A DNA stretch of 64,000 bases. Origin: an uncultured delta proteobacterium. Lineage in GTDB: Bacteria; Desulfobacterota; Desulfomonilia; Desulfomonilales; Desulfomonilaceae. This document shows, one piece after another, positions 27,024 to 38,312 of the stretch. Position 1 is the first letter of the stretch. Every line of letters begins with the position of its first letter. A model generated the notes under the pieces. That model did not search any database, was not told where the DNA came from, and saw nothing but the letters and a program-made list of their open reading frames with translations. The position numbers were made by a program, and so were the translations under genes. The stretch is from contig CAVXFM010000010.1 in the NCBI GenBank assembly GCA_963760985.1, positions 388,430 to 452,429 of the forward strand, given 5' to 3'.

Positions 27024-28118
27024 GTGCTGAAAATCAGTGTGCAGAAGCAACAGGGACGTGTTCTCATAGATGTGTCCTTCGCGGTGGAATCCACAGGGGT
27101 TACCGCGCTCTTCGGCCCTTCCGGTGCGGGCAAGACTTCGATCATCAATATGGTGGCCGGGCTATCCCGCCCGGACTCGGGGTTGATCGTGGTGAATGGC
27201 CTCACCGCGTTTGATTCGGACAAGGGCATCGACATTCCGCCGGAACGCCGGCGTTTCGGGTATGTGTTTCAGGACGGTCGGATCTTTCCGCATTTGTCTG
27301 TGCGGTCCAACCTCACGTACGGTATGAACCTCGTTCCCAAGAATCACAGGAGGATCGCGTTCGACGAAGTGGTGGAACTCCTCGGAATCGGAGAGCTCTT
27401 GGGCCGCAGGGTGGCCAACCTTTCCGGCGGGGAAAAACAGCGGGTCGCCATTGGCCGCGCGTTGCTCACCAGTCCCTCATTGCTACTCATGGATGAACCC
27501 CTGGCGTCCCTGGACGCAGCCCGAAAAGCGGAAGTGCTTCCCTTCGTGGAACGGCTCCCGACAAAGCTCTCCATACCCATCCTGTATGTGAGTCATTCCC
27601 TTGATGAAATCCTGAATCTCGCAGACACGCTCGTGCTCATGGATTCCGGCCGAGTCCGGTCGGTGGGAGCGGTGGAGGACGTTGCCAACCGCTTCGAGTT
27701 TACGGGCCTTGGAGAAAGGGATGAGAGCGGATCCGTCCTCGCAACGGTCGTGGATCACCACGACGCTGCGGATGGCCTCACGTATCTGCGTTTTGACGAA
27801 AATTTCTTGAAAGTGCCTCTTTTCGATGCAGCACAGGGCACAAAAGTTCGCGTGCACATCAATTCGCGGGATGTGGCCCTTGCGTTGTCTCCTCCCACCC
27901 AGACCAGCGTACAGAATATCTTTCTTGCCACGGTGGAAGGGATCAGCGAGCATGGCAAAGCCCTCGTCGACGTACAACTGGATATAGGAAGTCACATCAC
28001 CGCGAGAATCACCCGGAAAGCCCGAAAAGACCTGGAATTAACCACAGGACAGCATGTGTTTGCCATGGTAAAAAGTGTCGCGATCTCAAGGGGATCGGAT
28101 GAACATCATGGATGGTAA
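27024..28118 (+). CDS. modC: molybdate ABC transporter ATP-binding protein with C-terminal TOBE/MOP domain
   Basis: GTG start. Walker A GPSGAGKTS, signature LSGGEKQRVAIGRAL, Walker B LLLMDEPLASLD. About 130-aa C-terminal TOBE region. Confidence 0.85.
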   Translation: MLKISVQKQQGRVLIDVSFAVESTGVTALFGPSGAGKTSIINMVAGLSRPDSGLIVVNGLTAFDSDKGIDIPPERRRFGYVFQDGRIFPHLSVRSNLTYGMNLVPKNHRRIAFDEVVELLGIGELLGRRVANLSGGEKQRVAIGRALLTSPSLLLMDEPLASLDAARKAEVLPFVERLPTKLSIPILYVSHSLDEILNLADTLVLMDSGRVRSVGAVEDVANRFEFTGLGERDESGSVLATVVDHHDAADGLTYLRFDENFLKVPLFDAAQGTKVRVHINSRDVALALSPPTQTSVQNIFLATVEGISEHGKALVDVQLDIGSHITARITRKARKDLELTTGQHVFAMVKSVAISRGSDEHHGW

Positions 28119-28246
28119 AGCTGTGTGAGTGCCTCTTGTCCTGAGGTTTCTGTGGCAGAATAACAGTTCCCCATACTTCTGACCTCATGGCTCTCGCTTC
28201 TGAAAGGTGGCGGGGCCCCCCGACGCCAAAGACGGATCACACAGAC

Positions 28247-28417
28247 AGAGCTTTTGGCAACTCCCATGACCTGGAGGGTCACCACGAACCATGAAAATGG
28301 CACCCTGTCCCGCGACCAGCGGGAGCTGGCAAGTGCCTGAAGTTCTTGGGGATGGGGGTTCGGGGGAAGGCCCTTCTTTCAAGAAGGGCCTTCCCCCGAG
28401 AATGCATTTTCATAGGA
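28247..28417. repeat. repeat copy 2 downstream of modC, interrupted by a roughly 110-nt insert carrying a 12-bp-stem hairpin (28363-28392)
   Basis: Same left arm (AACTCCCATGACCTGGAGGGTCACCACGAACCATGAAAATG) and right arm (ATTTTCATAGGAAC) as copy 1. Insert holds GGAAGGCCCTTC-TTTCAA-GAAGGGCCTTCC. Confidence 0.6.
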
Positions 28418-28692
28418 ACCAGTTTCGTAGGGCTCCCTTTGGTCTCGTGATGCCCATTCGCCCGACGGTCGCTAAGAAAAGGTAGCCCTAGATTGTCCTT
28501 TCATGATAAAGTCGTCCCCTGACCACATCATAAAATCGACTGCGGCTTCAACTCTTCCGTGCCAGCGTATCCGCTGACGTTGGCGCATTCATGCGCCCCC
28601 GCTATTTGCTCTGCACAATCAAGCGTGAAGCCGGGATGTGACCAATTCGACCAAGCGCGTCGGCCGAGTCTCCGATGCCGTGAAAGGGGTTT

Positions 28693-30187
28693 GTGTTGGG
28701 TCAATTGACCGCGGAAAAGATTGTCGAAGACATCGATGGAATTCACCGCAAACTCGCGAGGCTGTCCGTTGATTACCTGCTGGGCACACCGTCGGCCCTG
28801 CGCACGGGGGATGTGCTGGGATTGTATCCGGTTCCCCTGAGGCCCAAGACCGCAGGATTCCTCAAACAGGCACTTCGTCACACCAAGGACGTGGAAGAAG
28901 CGCAGAGGATGGAACGGTTGCTGTTCGCATGCATCGACCTCGTGATCACGGAACAGACCGCGGACCTTGGTGATATGCTCAAATTCTACATGGAACGGGG
29001 ACGTATGCTCGTGGGGCCTGACAAGATCCCTGCGTTGGAAATCGTTTCCTGGCTTCAAATGGAAAAGGATTTCGACCGACGGGAAGAAATGCGGAAAGAA
29101 ATGACGATTTTTCTGAAAGGAATCGTCAATCCCATGCTCCTCGGCATGCTGGAACTCACCGTGAAAACCGTGACCGAGCGGTTCGGGTACACGTCCTATG
29201 CACACTATGCAGAAGCTAAGAAAGGCGAGTCCTTTGCGAGTCAGGCCGACATTCTCCGACGATACCTGGACGATACCGCAGACACGTACTTCACCCGGCT
29301 CAACCCATGGGTAGAAGAAAAGATCGGTCGGCCCATGGGGGATCTCAGTCGCTATCATGCCCTGCATCTGCTTCGTATCACACGATTTGACGAGTTCTTC
29401 CCTGCCGAGTCGCCTGAGCCAACTGGTTCAGCAAACATTCCGGGGCATCGGATTCGACCTCTCGCAACGGTCTGACGTGATCACTGACCTGTCGGCAGAT
29501 TCCTCCAAGAATCCTGATGGGATATGCGTGGGCATCGAAATACCCGGTGAAGTGTACGTGATTGTCAAGCCCCAGGGAGGGCTGATCGACGTGGAGACCA
29601 TTCTCCACGAGACCGGTCACGCGTTCTTTCTGAGCCACATGGATGCTTCCCTACCGATGGAGTATCGCAGGTTGTACCGATCCGGGGCTCTGGACGAAAC
29701 GTTTGCGTTTCTCTTCATGAACCTGATGGACAATCCCACATGGCTTACCCGCGTCGCGGAATTACCGGCGTCCAAGGCCGGCGAAATGGCAAGCCTCGTG
29801 CAAACGAAACGGTTGTGCCTCATTCGGCGTTACATCGGCAAGTTCCTCGCGGAGAAGGAACTCTCCGAGACAGGGGCTATCAAGGACCCGGAGCCGTATT
29901 GTCGGTACTTACACCAGGCAACGGGTTTTGTGTACGAACCGCAAGGATACCTCATCGATATGGAGTCTGATTTCTATTCCCTTGACTACGTGAATGCTTG
30001 GGCAGGGGCGCACGTGCTGAGGAGCTTTCTCGAGACACGTTTCGGGGAGGACTGGTTCCAGAGACCCGACGCGGGCAGCTTCTTGAAGGAGATCGCTTTT
30101 CAGGGGCGGCGAGACTCTTTGGAAAAAGTCCTCACCACCTACTGTGGTCAAGGGCCACGTCTTCCTGATTTTTCAAAAGTTTCCTGA
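28693..30187 (+). CDS. HExxH zinc metallopeptidase (M3/PepF-like, putative); apparent frameshift near 29360-29475
   Basis: ORFs 28693..29475 and 29357..30187 overlap in different frames. The second carries HETGHAF with downstream E. Combined length is about 500 aa. Start codon uncertain (TTG at 28693). Confidence 0.5.
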
Positions 30188-30289
30188 ACCGATAGGGCAA
30201 GTAACGTGGCTGGAGAATTCCTGAATTCACAAAGCCATACGTGGGCGTGTGCAGCGAGTTACCTGAACCACGTACGCCAGGGTAATACG

Positions 30290-30386
30290 GATTCGCGTCC
30301 AAACACGTGAGATTATAGGGCTGGGGGTCTCATGAGCGAAGTGATCAGACGGCCCTGCGTCGTCCGTAGCGAATGAGATCCCCAGC
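30290..30386 (+). repeat. intergenic repeat of about 100 nt, copy B
   Basis: GGATTCGCGTCCAAACACGTGAGATTATAGGGCTGGGGGTCTCATGAGCGAAGTGATCAGACGGCCCTGCGTCGTCCGTAGCGAATGAGATCCCCAGC aligns at about 75 percent identity with 56088-56186. Confidence 0.55.
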
Positions 30387-30499
30387 TTGAAGCAGCAACC
30401 AAGTGATAAATTTGAAAGCGAATCGGTATAAGATGTCACCGCCGCGAGAAGTCTCGCACGCGGTGGCATTCCACTTGTAAAGGAGGGATCGAGGAGTTG

Positions 30500-30528
30500 T
30501 TTGACTTTCGGTGCGAGCCTGCGTAATA
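30500..30528 (+). promoter_or_regulatory. sigma-70-like promoter candidate TTGACT-N17-TAATAT
   Basis: Good -35 and -10 with 17-nt spacer, about 90 nt upstream of the NfeD-like gene. Confidence 0.3.
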
Positions 30529-30619
30529 TAATGCTGGTTCATTCGCTACCATCTTGAATTTCCCTCATCACCGGGCGTTTCCTCGACCCCAACTCTGAAC
30601 CGCGGAGGTCTGTCGGCCT

Positions 30620-31240
30620 ATGGAATCCTGGTGGCAACATCTCACGAGTCTCAATAAGGCTTTTTGCGTATCCGCACTGTTCTTCACTCTGCTGTTCCTG
30701 TGGCAACTCGTGGGGATGCTGCTGGGCGTGGACGCTGATTCTCATGGAGCCGGGTGGCATGTGCCGACTCACGACGCTCCCCATGACTTCGACCACGATG
30801 GCCAGCAGGGAAGCGAAAACGTCGCGTTTTCCTTGATCTCGGTCCGATCGGCTCTGGCTTTTGGGATGATGTTCAGTTGGGCAGGTTCGCTGTATTTGAT
30901 GGGGGGCACGGCTCCTGTTTGGGCAGTGTTGTTCAGCCTGCTCTGGGGGATCGCAGGAATGTTCGCGGTCTCCTACCTGGTATTCTGCCTTCTCAAGCTT
31001 CAGGAAACGGTGAAGGTGTCCCTGTGGAGTGCGGTCGGAGAAAAAGGGACAGTCTATATGAACGTGCCTGAAAACGGGGTGGGCAAGGTGAGGGTAATGG
31101 TCGGCGGAGCAATCAGCTTCGTCAACGCTCGTTCGGTTGGCGGTGAGCCGCTGACGGCCGGGACGAACGTGAAGGTGGTGGATGTCGTGGACGATCACAC
31201 GATTGCGGTGCAGGCAACTGAGGACTCAGGGGGAGAGTAA
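30620..31240 (+). CDS. NfeD-like membrane protein (partner of SPFH/flotillin)
   Basis: N-terminal TM helices, His-rich loop, and C-terminal OB-fold-like soluble domain (KVRVMVGGAISFVNARS...KVVDVVDDHTIAV). Stop 1 nt before the flotillin start. Confidence 0.75.
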   Translation: MESWWQHLTSLNKAFCVSALFFTLLFLWQLVGMLLGVDADSHGAGWHVPTHDAPHDFDHDGQQGSENVAFSLISVRSALAFGMMFSWAGSLYLMGGTAPVWAVLFSLLWGIAGMFAVSYLVFCLLKLQETVKVSLWSAVGEKGTVYMNVPENGVGKVRVMVGGAISFVNARSVGGEPLTAGTNVKVVDVVDDHTIAVQATEDSGGE

Positions 31241-31241
31241 C

Positions 31242-32759
31242 ATGATGAACATGCTGATTTTGGTGCTGATCCTGGCTGGCTGGGTGGCCGCGATCCTTTG
31301 GATGTTTGTCCGCAGGTACAAACGGTGCCCTTCAAACCAGATTCTCGTTATTTATGGCAAGACAGGCGGAGGCGTTGCCAGGTGTGTTCACGGCGGCGCT
31401 GCCTTTGTCTGGCCGGTGATGCAGTCGTACGAATGGCTCAACCTCGAACCGTTTGTGGTTCCCATTGAGTTGACCAGCGCCCTGTCGCGCGAGAACATCC
31501 GGGTCTCAGTGCCCACGACGGTCACCGCGGCCATTAGCATCGAAGAAGGAATCATGCAGAACGCCGCAGTCCGCCTCCTCGGCCAGGGCATGGATGAGGT
31601 CAAGAAGCAAGCCCAGGACATCATTCTCGGCCAAATGCGTGCGGTGATCGCCACCATGCTGATCGAGGAGATCAACCGGGACAGACAAGCCTTTATGGCC
31701 AAAGTGAATGAAGCAGTCTCGGTGGAGCTCGAAAAGATCGGCCTGACCGTAATTAACGTCAACATCAAAGACATCGAGGATGAAAGCGGATACATCAAGG
31801 CGCTTGGTCGCAAGGCAGCGGCAGAGGCGGTGAACCAGGCGACGGTAGACGTGGCTGAGCAAGAGAAGACCGGAAAAATCGGCGTTGCCCAACGGGAGCG
31901 CGATCAACGGACCGCGGTAGCAGCCGCTTCTGCTGAGGCCATCGTGGGTGAGGCAGAAGCCGAACGGGATAGACGTAAAGCCGTTTCCGCGGCAAACGCG
32001 AGTGCAGCCGTAGGTGAAGCAGAAGCGGAACGTGACCGCAGACAGCAAACTTCTCTGCTGGATGCACAGGCCGTAGAAACCGAGACCCAGGCAAATGCCA
32101 AGAAGGCAGGCTTTCTGGCGGGCCAAAAAGTGGCGGAAGAAGAAGCGAGAACCAAAGGGCAAACTGCTACTGCAAGGGCTGATGGAAGCGTCCGCGTGGC
32201 TCACGAACAATCTCAGCAGGCAGCAGAAGAGGCCCGTGCCCGCAGAGAACAGGCCCGCTTGAATGCCGAAGTTGTTGTTCCTGCAGACGCAGCCAAGCAA
32301 AAGGCTGTGGTAGAGGCCGAGGCTGAGCGACAGAAGAAGATCCTGATCGCCAAAGGTGAGGCAGAGGGAACTCTCGCCAAGATGCAGGCAGAGGCCGAAG
32401 GTATGCAAGCGATACTCGATGCGAAGGCAGCAGGATACAAGGGGCTGGTTTCCGCGTGCAGTTCCGATCCCTCTTTGACTGCTGCATTGCTGCTTATCGA
32501 GAAACTGGCCGAATTGGCGCATATTCAGACCGAAGCGGTAAAGAACCTGCCCATCGAAAAAATCGTTATTTGGGACTCTGGAGGGGACGGAGGGATCTCC
32601 GATCTCGGGCGCCGTTTCATGGGGGTTCTCCCGCCCATGCAGGAATTGGCCAAGATGGCCGGGCTCGAGCTGCCCGATTTTCTGGGCCGAGCAGTGCCTA
32701 AGTCTGAAGCCTTGTCCGCGAGGAAAACCCAGGACGATTCCAAGACAAAACCTGAGTGA
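31242..32759 (+). CDS. flotillin-like SPFH/band-7 protein (YqiK/FloT-like)
   Basis: N-terminal membrane anchor, SPFH domain, and a long Ala/Glu-rich coiled coil with EA repeats (AEAERDRR twice). Confidence 0.85.
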   Translation: MMNMLILVLILAGWVAAILWMFVRRYKRCPSNQILVIYGKTGGGVARCVHGGAAFVWPVMQSYEWLNLEPFVVPIELTSALSRENIRVSVPTTVTAAISIEEGIMQNAAVRLLGQGMDEVKKQAQDIILGQMRAVIATMLIEEINRDRQAFMAKVNEAVSVELEKIGLTVINVNIKDIEDESGYIKALGRKAAAEAVNQATVDVAEQEKTGKIGVAQRERDQRTAVAAASAEAIVGEAEAERDRRKAVSAANASAAVGEAEAERDRRQQTSLLDAQAVETETQANAKKAGFLAGQKVAEEEARTKGQTATARADGSVRVAHEQSQQAAEEARARREQARLNAEVVVPADAAKQKAVVEAEAERQKKILIAKGEAEGTLAKMQAEAEGMQAILDAKAAGYKGLVSACSSDPSLTAALLLIEKLAELAHIQTEAVKNLPIEKIVIWDSGGDGGISDLGRRFMGVLPPMQELAKMAGLELPDFLGRAVPKSEALSARKTQDDSKTKPE

Positions 32760-32797
32760 TTTGCAGATCACCACGCTCTCGTCTGCGGGGAGCCTCC

Positions 32798-34966
32798 ATG
32801 AAAGACCGGGACATGGCGAGGGAAGAGCTGGCAGAAGAACTGGCGCGGCTGCGGCAAAGCGTTGCAGATCTGGAACGAGCAAATTCCTCATGGGAAGAGA
32901 AGTACCGCGTTCTCTACACGGACTTCCGCAAGGCGGAGGAGATCCACGTATCCGTCTTGAATTCCTCGGCAGACGCCATCGTCATCTATGACTTGCAGGG
33001 CACCGCTCGGTACGTGAATCCCTCGTTCACACAAAAGTTTGGCTGGACCCTGGACGAAGTGAAGGGACAGCGCATCCCGTACGTGCCTGACACCGATTAT
33101 GACGTCACCATGGAAATCATTCAGCATATCCTCCGAGAAGGCGAACCTTTCGGCGGGTTTGAGACGAAGCGGTGTACCAAACACGGGGGAATCGTGGACG
33201 TCAGCCTGAGCGCGTCCCGTTACAACGATCAGGACGGAAATCCTGCCGGGATACTCGTGATTCTTCGGGACGTGACGGGCAAGAAACGCGCAGACGAGGA
33301 ATTGCGCCAAGCTCGAGATGAGCTCGAGAAACGAGTCGAGGAACGCACCGAGGAGCTTTCCCGGGCCAACGAGAAGCTCAAACAGGAGATTGGGGAACGC
33401 AAGAAAGCAGAGGACGCTTTGCGGCAAAGCGAGGAGGAATTCAGGACTCTCTATGAAGAATCCGTGAAAACGCAGGAGCTCTACCGCTCACTCCTGGATT
33501 CGTGCGCGGACGGCGTGGTCGTGTACGATCTGGACGGCAACGCCCGGTACGTGAGCGATGCGTTCACGCGCATGTTCGGCTGGACTCTGGAAGAAGTCAA
33601 AGGCACGCGAATCCCCTTCGTTCCTGACTCGGAGCGCGAAGGCACCATGGCGCGGATTCACCATGTCCTTGGCCAGGGAATTGGTGATAGTGGTTTTGAG
33701 ACAAAGCGCCTTACCAAGGACAGCGTCCTCCTGGACATCAGGGCGAGCGCTTCCCGATTTAACGATCACGAGGGGAACCCGGCAGGAATGCTCGTCATCC
33801 TTTCGGATATCACGGATCGTAAGAAGGCCGAGCAGGCCCTGCTTGAAAGCGAGGAAAAATACCGGAAACTGGTCCAATACCTTCCCGATGGGGTGGCCAT
33901 CCATCAGGATGGACTTGTCGTCTTCACCAACGACGCAGGGGCCAGGCTCGTGGGAGCGAGTCGTGTCGAAGAGGTGGTGGATCTGCCGGTCATGCACTTC
34001 GTGGCCCCGGAAGACCGATCGTGTGCAGACAAGGAATTCGACCGCGTGTTGAAAAAAGGACGAGTCGCTCCATTGCAAGAGCAAAGGCTCTTGCGATTGG
34101 ACGGTGAGACCGTCTGGGTCGAAATGTCCGTGATTCCTTTCTCAGTTGACGGCAAGCCTGCGTTGCTCACAGTGGGAAGAGACATTACCGAGCGCAAACG
34201 GGTAGAGGAAGAAATCCGTAGGCTCAATGAAGAGCTCGAACAACGGGTGAAAGATCGGACAGCTCAGTTGGAGACGACCAACAAGGAACTTGAAGCCTTC
34301 GCGTATTCCGTGTCTCACGATCTCCGTGCGCCTTTGCGGAGTATCGACGGATTCAGTCAGGTGCTGATGGAAGACTATGCGCAGGCTTTGAACGGCCAGG
34401 CGCTGGATTACTTTCACCGCATCCGCGCTGCTTCTCGCAGGATGGGACAACTCATCGACGATCTGCTCAAGCTCTCCCGTGTCACTCGTAGCGAAATGCA
34501 TCGTGAAGCCGTGGACCTGAGTGCCATGGCCCACACCATCGCGACGGACCTTCGGAGAGCGGACCCCGACCGAAATGTAGAATTCCAGATCAGGCCAGGC
34601 CTGACGGACGATGGCGACCCGCGACTCCTGAGAGTGGTTTTGGAAAACCTGCTAGGTAATGCCTGGAAATTCTCCAGCAAACGCGCACACGCCACAATAA
34701 CGTTCGGCATGTTGCAACAGACTTTGCCGGGCCAGTCGGATCCGGTGGTCAAGACCGTGTATTTCGTGCAAGACAATGGCGCAGGTTTCGAAATGGCCTA
34801 TGCGGACAAATTGTTCGGCGCGTTCCAGCGTTTGCATGGGCTTTCCGATTTTCCTGGCACGGGTATCGGCCTTGCAACGGTCCAGCGGATCATACACCGA
34901 CACTGCGGGAGCGTATGGGCCGAAGGAGCAGTGGACGCGGGGGCAACATTCTTTTTTACCCTTTGA
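32798..34966 (+). CDS. cytoplasmic multi-PAS sensor histidine kinase
   Basis: Four PAS domains, two paralogous to those of the kinase at 20270-22471. HisKA (YSVSHDLRAPLRSIDGF) and HATPase (NLLGNAWKF...DNGAGF...GTGIGLATVQRIIHRHCG). Confidence 0.85.
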   Translation: MKDRDMAREELAEELARLRQSVADLERANSSWEEKYRVLYTDFRKAEEIHVSVLNSSADAIVIYDLQGTARYVNPSFTQKFGWTLDEVKGQRIPYVPDTDYDVTMEIIQHILREGEPFGGFETKRCTKHGGIVDVSLSASRYNDQDGNPAGILVILRDVTGKKRADEELRQARDELEKRVEERTEELSRANEKLKQEIGERKKAEDALRQSEEEFRTLYEESVKTQELYRSLLDSCADGVVVYDLDGNARYVSDAFTRMFGWTLEEVKGTRIPFVPDSEREGTMARIHHVLGQGIGDSGFETKRLTKDSVLLDIRASASRFNDHEGNPAGMLVILSDITDRKKAEQALLESEEKYRKLVQYLPDGVAIHQDGLVVFTNDAGARLVGASRVEEVVDLPVMHFVAPEDRSCADKEFDRVLKKGRVAPLQEQRLLRLDGETVWVEMSVIPFSVDGKPALLTVGRDITERKRVEEEIRRLNEELEQRVKDRTAQLETTNKELEAFAYSVSHDLRAPLRSIDGFSQVLMEDYAQALNGQALDYFHRIRAASRRMGQLIDDLLKLSRVTRSEMHREAVDLSAMAHTIATDLRRADPDRNVEFQIRPGLTDDGDPRLLRVVLENLLGNAWKFSSKRAHATITFGMLQQTLPGQSDPVVKTVYFVQDNGAGFEMAYADKLFGAFQRLHGLSDFPGTGIGLATVQRIIHRHCGSVWAEGAVDAGATFFFTL

Positions 34967-34996
34967 CGCTTCGGCGTTGACTGCGAGGGACTCAAT

Positions 34997-35437
34997 ATGC
35001 AGAGGAAGACCGTCCTCCTGGTCGAAGACAATCCGGACGATGAGGCCCTGACATTGCGGTCTTTGAACAGGAACAGCGTTGTCAACGACGTGATTGTTAC
35101 CCGCGATGGAGCGGAGGCCCTTGATTACCTCTTTTGCACCGGCAAGTACGCGGGCCGTGACCAAAGCGGACAACCCGAACTCATCCTGTTGGATCTGAAG
35201 CTCCCCAAAATAGACGGCCTGGAAGTGTTGAGGCGCATTCGTTCCGATGAGCGCACACGGCTCCTGCCCGTGGTGGTCTTGAGCTCGTCCGACGAGGAGC
35301 CTGACATGATGCAGAGCTACCTGCTCGGCGCGAACAGTTACGTGCGTAAGCCCGTCGAGTTCGGTCGCTTCGCGGAAGCGGTGCGCCAATTGGAACTCTA
35401 TTGGCTCGTCATCAATCAACCTCCTCCCGCGAAATAG
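34997..35437 (+). CDS. single-domain response regulator (CheY-like)
   Basis: TVLLVEDNPDDEALT...ILLDLKLPKIDGLEV...PVVVLSSSDEE...YVRKPV. Confidence 0.85.
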   Translation: MQRKTVLLVEDNPDDEALTLRSLNRNSVVNDVIVTRDGAEALDYLFCTGKYAGRDQSGQPELILLDLKLPKIDGLEVLRRIRSDERTRLLPVVVLSSSDEEPDMMQSYLLGANSYVRKPVEFGRFAEAVRQLELYWLVINQPPPAK

Positions 35438-35446
35438 GAATACCAC

Positions 35447-37403
35447 ATGAGCCAGCCGCTACGAGTGTTGATCGTAGAGGATTCGGAAGACGACGCACTG
35501 CTGCTCGTTCGGCAGTTGCGCCGAGGAGGGTACGATCCTACTTTTGAACGAGTGGACACACCTGCAACCATGCGAGCCGCGCTGGAATCGCATACGTGGG
35601 ACGCGGTGATTTCAGATTACGTGATGCCCTTGTTTAGCGCATATACCGCGCTCGAATATGTTGCGGGAAAAGGATCTCGACCTCCCGTTCATCGTCGTGT
35701 CGGGAGCTATAGGCGAAGAGACTGCCGTTGCGGCCATGAAGTCCGGCGTGCATGACTACATCATGAAGGACAACCTCAAGCGGCTCGTTCCCGCGATCGA
35801 ACGGGAACTCCGCGAGGCAGAGGGGCGCAGGGAGCGCAGACGTGCCCAGCAAGCGCTCGCAGAAAGCGAGGAACGCTATCGATCTCTTGTCGAGAATCTT
35901 GACATGGGGATCACGTTGATAGACCCGGATTTCACCGTGGTGATGCTCAACGCAGCAAGGGCAAAGATGATCGTTGCCCCAGAGACTCATGGTATCGGTC
36001 AAAAATGTTTCCGCACGCTGGAGAATCGAGGTACCGTGTGCCCGCAGTGTCCTGCAGTCTCCGCAATGTCTACAGGACAACCCGTGGAGGCGGACTGGGA
36101 AGGCGTGAGAAAAGGGGAATTTCGGGTCATGCGCATCCGGGCCTTTCCCACCTTTGCCCCTGACCGGTCGGTCACCGGTTGCATCGAAGTCATGGAAGAT
36201 ATCACCGTCCGTAAGCGCCTGGAACAACAACTCCGCCAAGCCGCACAGATGGAGGCCATTGGCAGGCTTGCCGGCGGGGTGGCTCACGACTTCAACAACC
36301 TCCTCACGGCCATGATCGGGTACTCGAACGTGTTGCTGCAGCAGATGGCCCAGGATAATCCGTACCGCGACAAGGTGGTGCAGATCACGTACGCTGCGGA
36401 ACGAGCCGCAGGCCTGACGCGACAGCTTCTGGCGTTCGGCCGCAAGCAAGTGCTGGACGTCAAGGTGCTGGATTTGAATCCCGTGATCGCAAATTTCCAG
36501 AAGATGCTGCGCAGGCTCGTGGGTGAGGATGTGGATCTTACCACGGTTTTGTTGCCGTCCGTGGCCAGAGTCAAGGCGGACAGGAGTCAAATCGAACAAA
36601 TACTGATGAATCTGTCGGTCAACGCGCGCGACGCGATGCCCCGAGGCGGCAGCCTGACGCTGTCCACCAGGGAGGTGATCCTGGACACAGAGTATGCGCG
36701 GATTCATCCGCATGTAGCTCCAGGACCGTACGTGGTGTTTTCGGTGAGCGATACGGGGACAGGAATGGATTTAGACACGGTGTCTCAAATCTTCGACCCG
36801 TTCTTCACCACCAAGGAAGAGGGCAAAGGAACAGGCCTGGGGCTGTCCACCGTGTACGGGATCGTCAAGCAGCATCAGGGCCACGTCTCCGTGGACAGTG
36901 AACCTGGGCAGGGCACGACGTTTCACGTATACTTGCCCATGTGCAGCGAAGCCCCGGATGAGGCCGAGGATATGGTCTCCATCGAGCCGCAGAGGGGTGG
37001 GGATGAGACGGTCATGGTCGTGGAAGACGAAGAAATCGTCCGGAATGTCGCGTGCGAAGTTCTGGAAATGCTCGGCTATACGGTGTTCTCTGCAGCTGAA
37101 CCGGAGACAGCGTTGAAAATTAGCCAGCAACATCAAGGCCCCATACATCTCCTGCTGGCTGACGTGGTGCTGCCGAGGATGGACGGGGCAAGCTTATTCT
37201 CTCGTCTGTCATCCACGCGGTCGGAGACAAGAGTCCTGTACGTGTCCGGATATCCGGAGAGATCGTTCATTCGCCGCGGAGTGCTGACTCCCGGAACGGA
37301 TTTCCTGCAAAAACCTTTCTCCTTCGAGAGCCTGGGGCACAAGGTGAGGGAAGTCCTGGACAAACCCATGAACCCCGTGGTGCAGGGCTCGCACATGGGG
37401 TGA
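35447..37403 (+). CDS. hybrid sensor histidine kinase REC-PAS-HisKA-HATPase-REC; apparent frameshift near 35657
   Basis: ORF 35447..35755 has the first half of a receiver (VLIVEDSEDD...VISDYVMP). ORF 35658..37403 in another frame continues it (DLPFIVVSGAIGEETAVAAMKSGVHDYIMK), then PAS, HisKA (GGVAHDFNNLLTAMIGY), HATPase and a second receiver. Confidence 0.7.
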
Positions 37404-37666
37404 GCAGGCCTGTGGACTCAGTACACACAGGCTCCTGTGGGGGCGTCAGAGAATGATAGTGAGCCCCATTGCGATTCGCTGCAACCATCGGGAACGGCTT
37501 TAGGTGGACCACACCGCTCAGCTTGCCGCGGATTATGGGCTTTTGGCACGCCGGATAGTGAAGCGCCGGTCGGTATGACCCACCAGACGGTAAGGCTCGG
37601 TTCGGTCTTCACTATGCCGCGATTTTTAAGGCGCTTCACTATACATCCTATGAACGGTGGAAGGAC

Positions 37667-38153
37667 TATGCAAGGCAAACGCTGCGAAGAAACTCGAATG
37701 ATTATGGCGGTTCAGATGAATCCCGAGGACGCGAACCCGTGGGGAAACGTCCACGGCGGCGTGATCATGAAATATATTGATACGGCTGCCGGGGTGGTGG
37801 CCCATCGGCATGCGAGACGCAACTCGGTCACCGCGTCGATAGACCGGCTGGATTTCCATCACCCGGTCTATGTGGGAGACTTGCTCATACTCAAAGCAAG
37901 TCTGAATTGGGCGGGCAGAACCTCCATGGAAGTGGGTGTGCGTGTGGAAGCCGAGAACTTGTTTACTGGCGAGATTAGGCACACCGCGTCGGCATATCTT
38001 ACGTTTGTCGCCCTGGGAGAAAACAAGAGGCCAGAGGAAATACCCCCATTGATCGTGGAGACCGCGGACGAGAACCGACGCAACTGCGAAGCGCAACAGC
38101 GGCGAGACATACGCATGGATCAGAGAAGGCGAGAGCGTGCATGTAAGGCCTAG
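37667..38153 (+). CDS. acyl-CoA thioesterase (hotdog fold, YciA-like)
   Basis: NPWGNVHGGVIMKYIDTAAGVVAHRH...YVGDLLILKASLNWAGRTSMEVGVRVEAE is typical of the 4HBT/acyl-CoA hydrolase family. Start codon uncertain. Confidence 0.7.
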
Positions 38154-38312
38154 TGCATCTCTTCGCCATTCGCGTGCCGCGCGCGGCAGAATCGGCAAGA
38201 GCCCTTGCCTGTGGGGGAATGGCAAGAATGACTCGTGAAATCGTGGACAAGAACAAGCGGATAGGCAGTCAGACCACATGACGGGAACCACGTGCTCCGG
38301 GCACGACGACAG

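Noticed and set aside
30455-30475. TGGCATTCCACTTGT resembling a sigma-54 promoter
   Set aside because: The -12 element is GT, not GC. A better sigma-70-like promoter lies 40 nt downstream.
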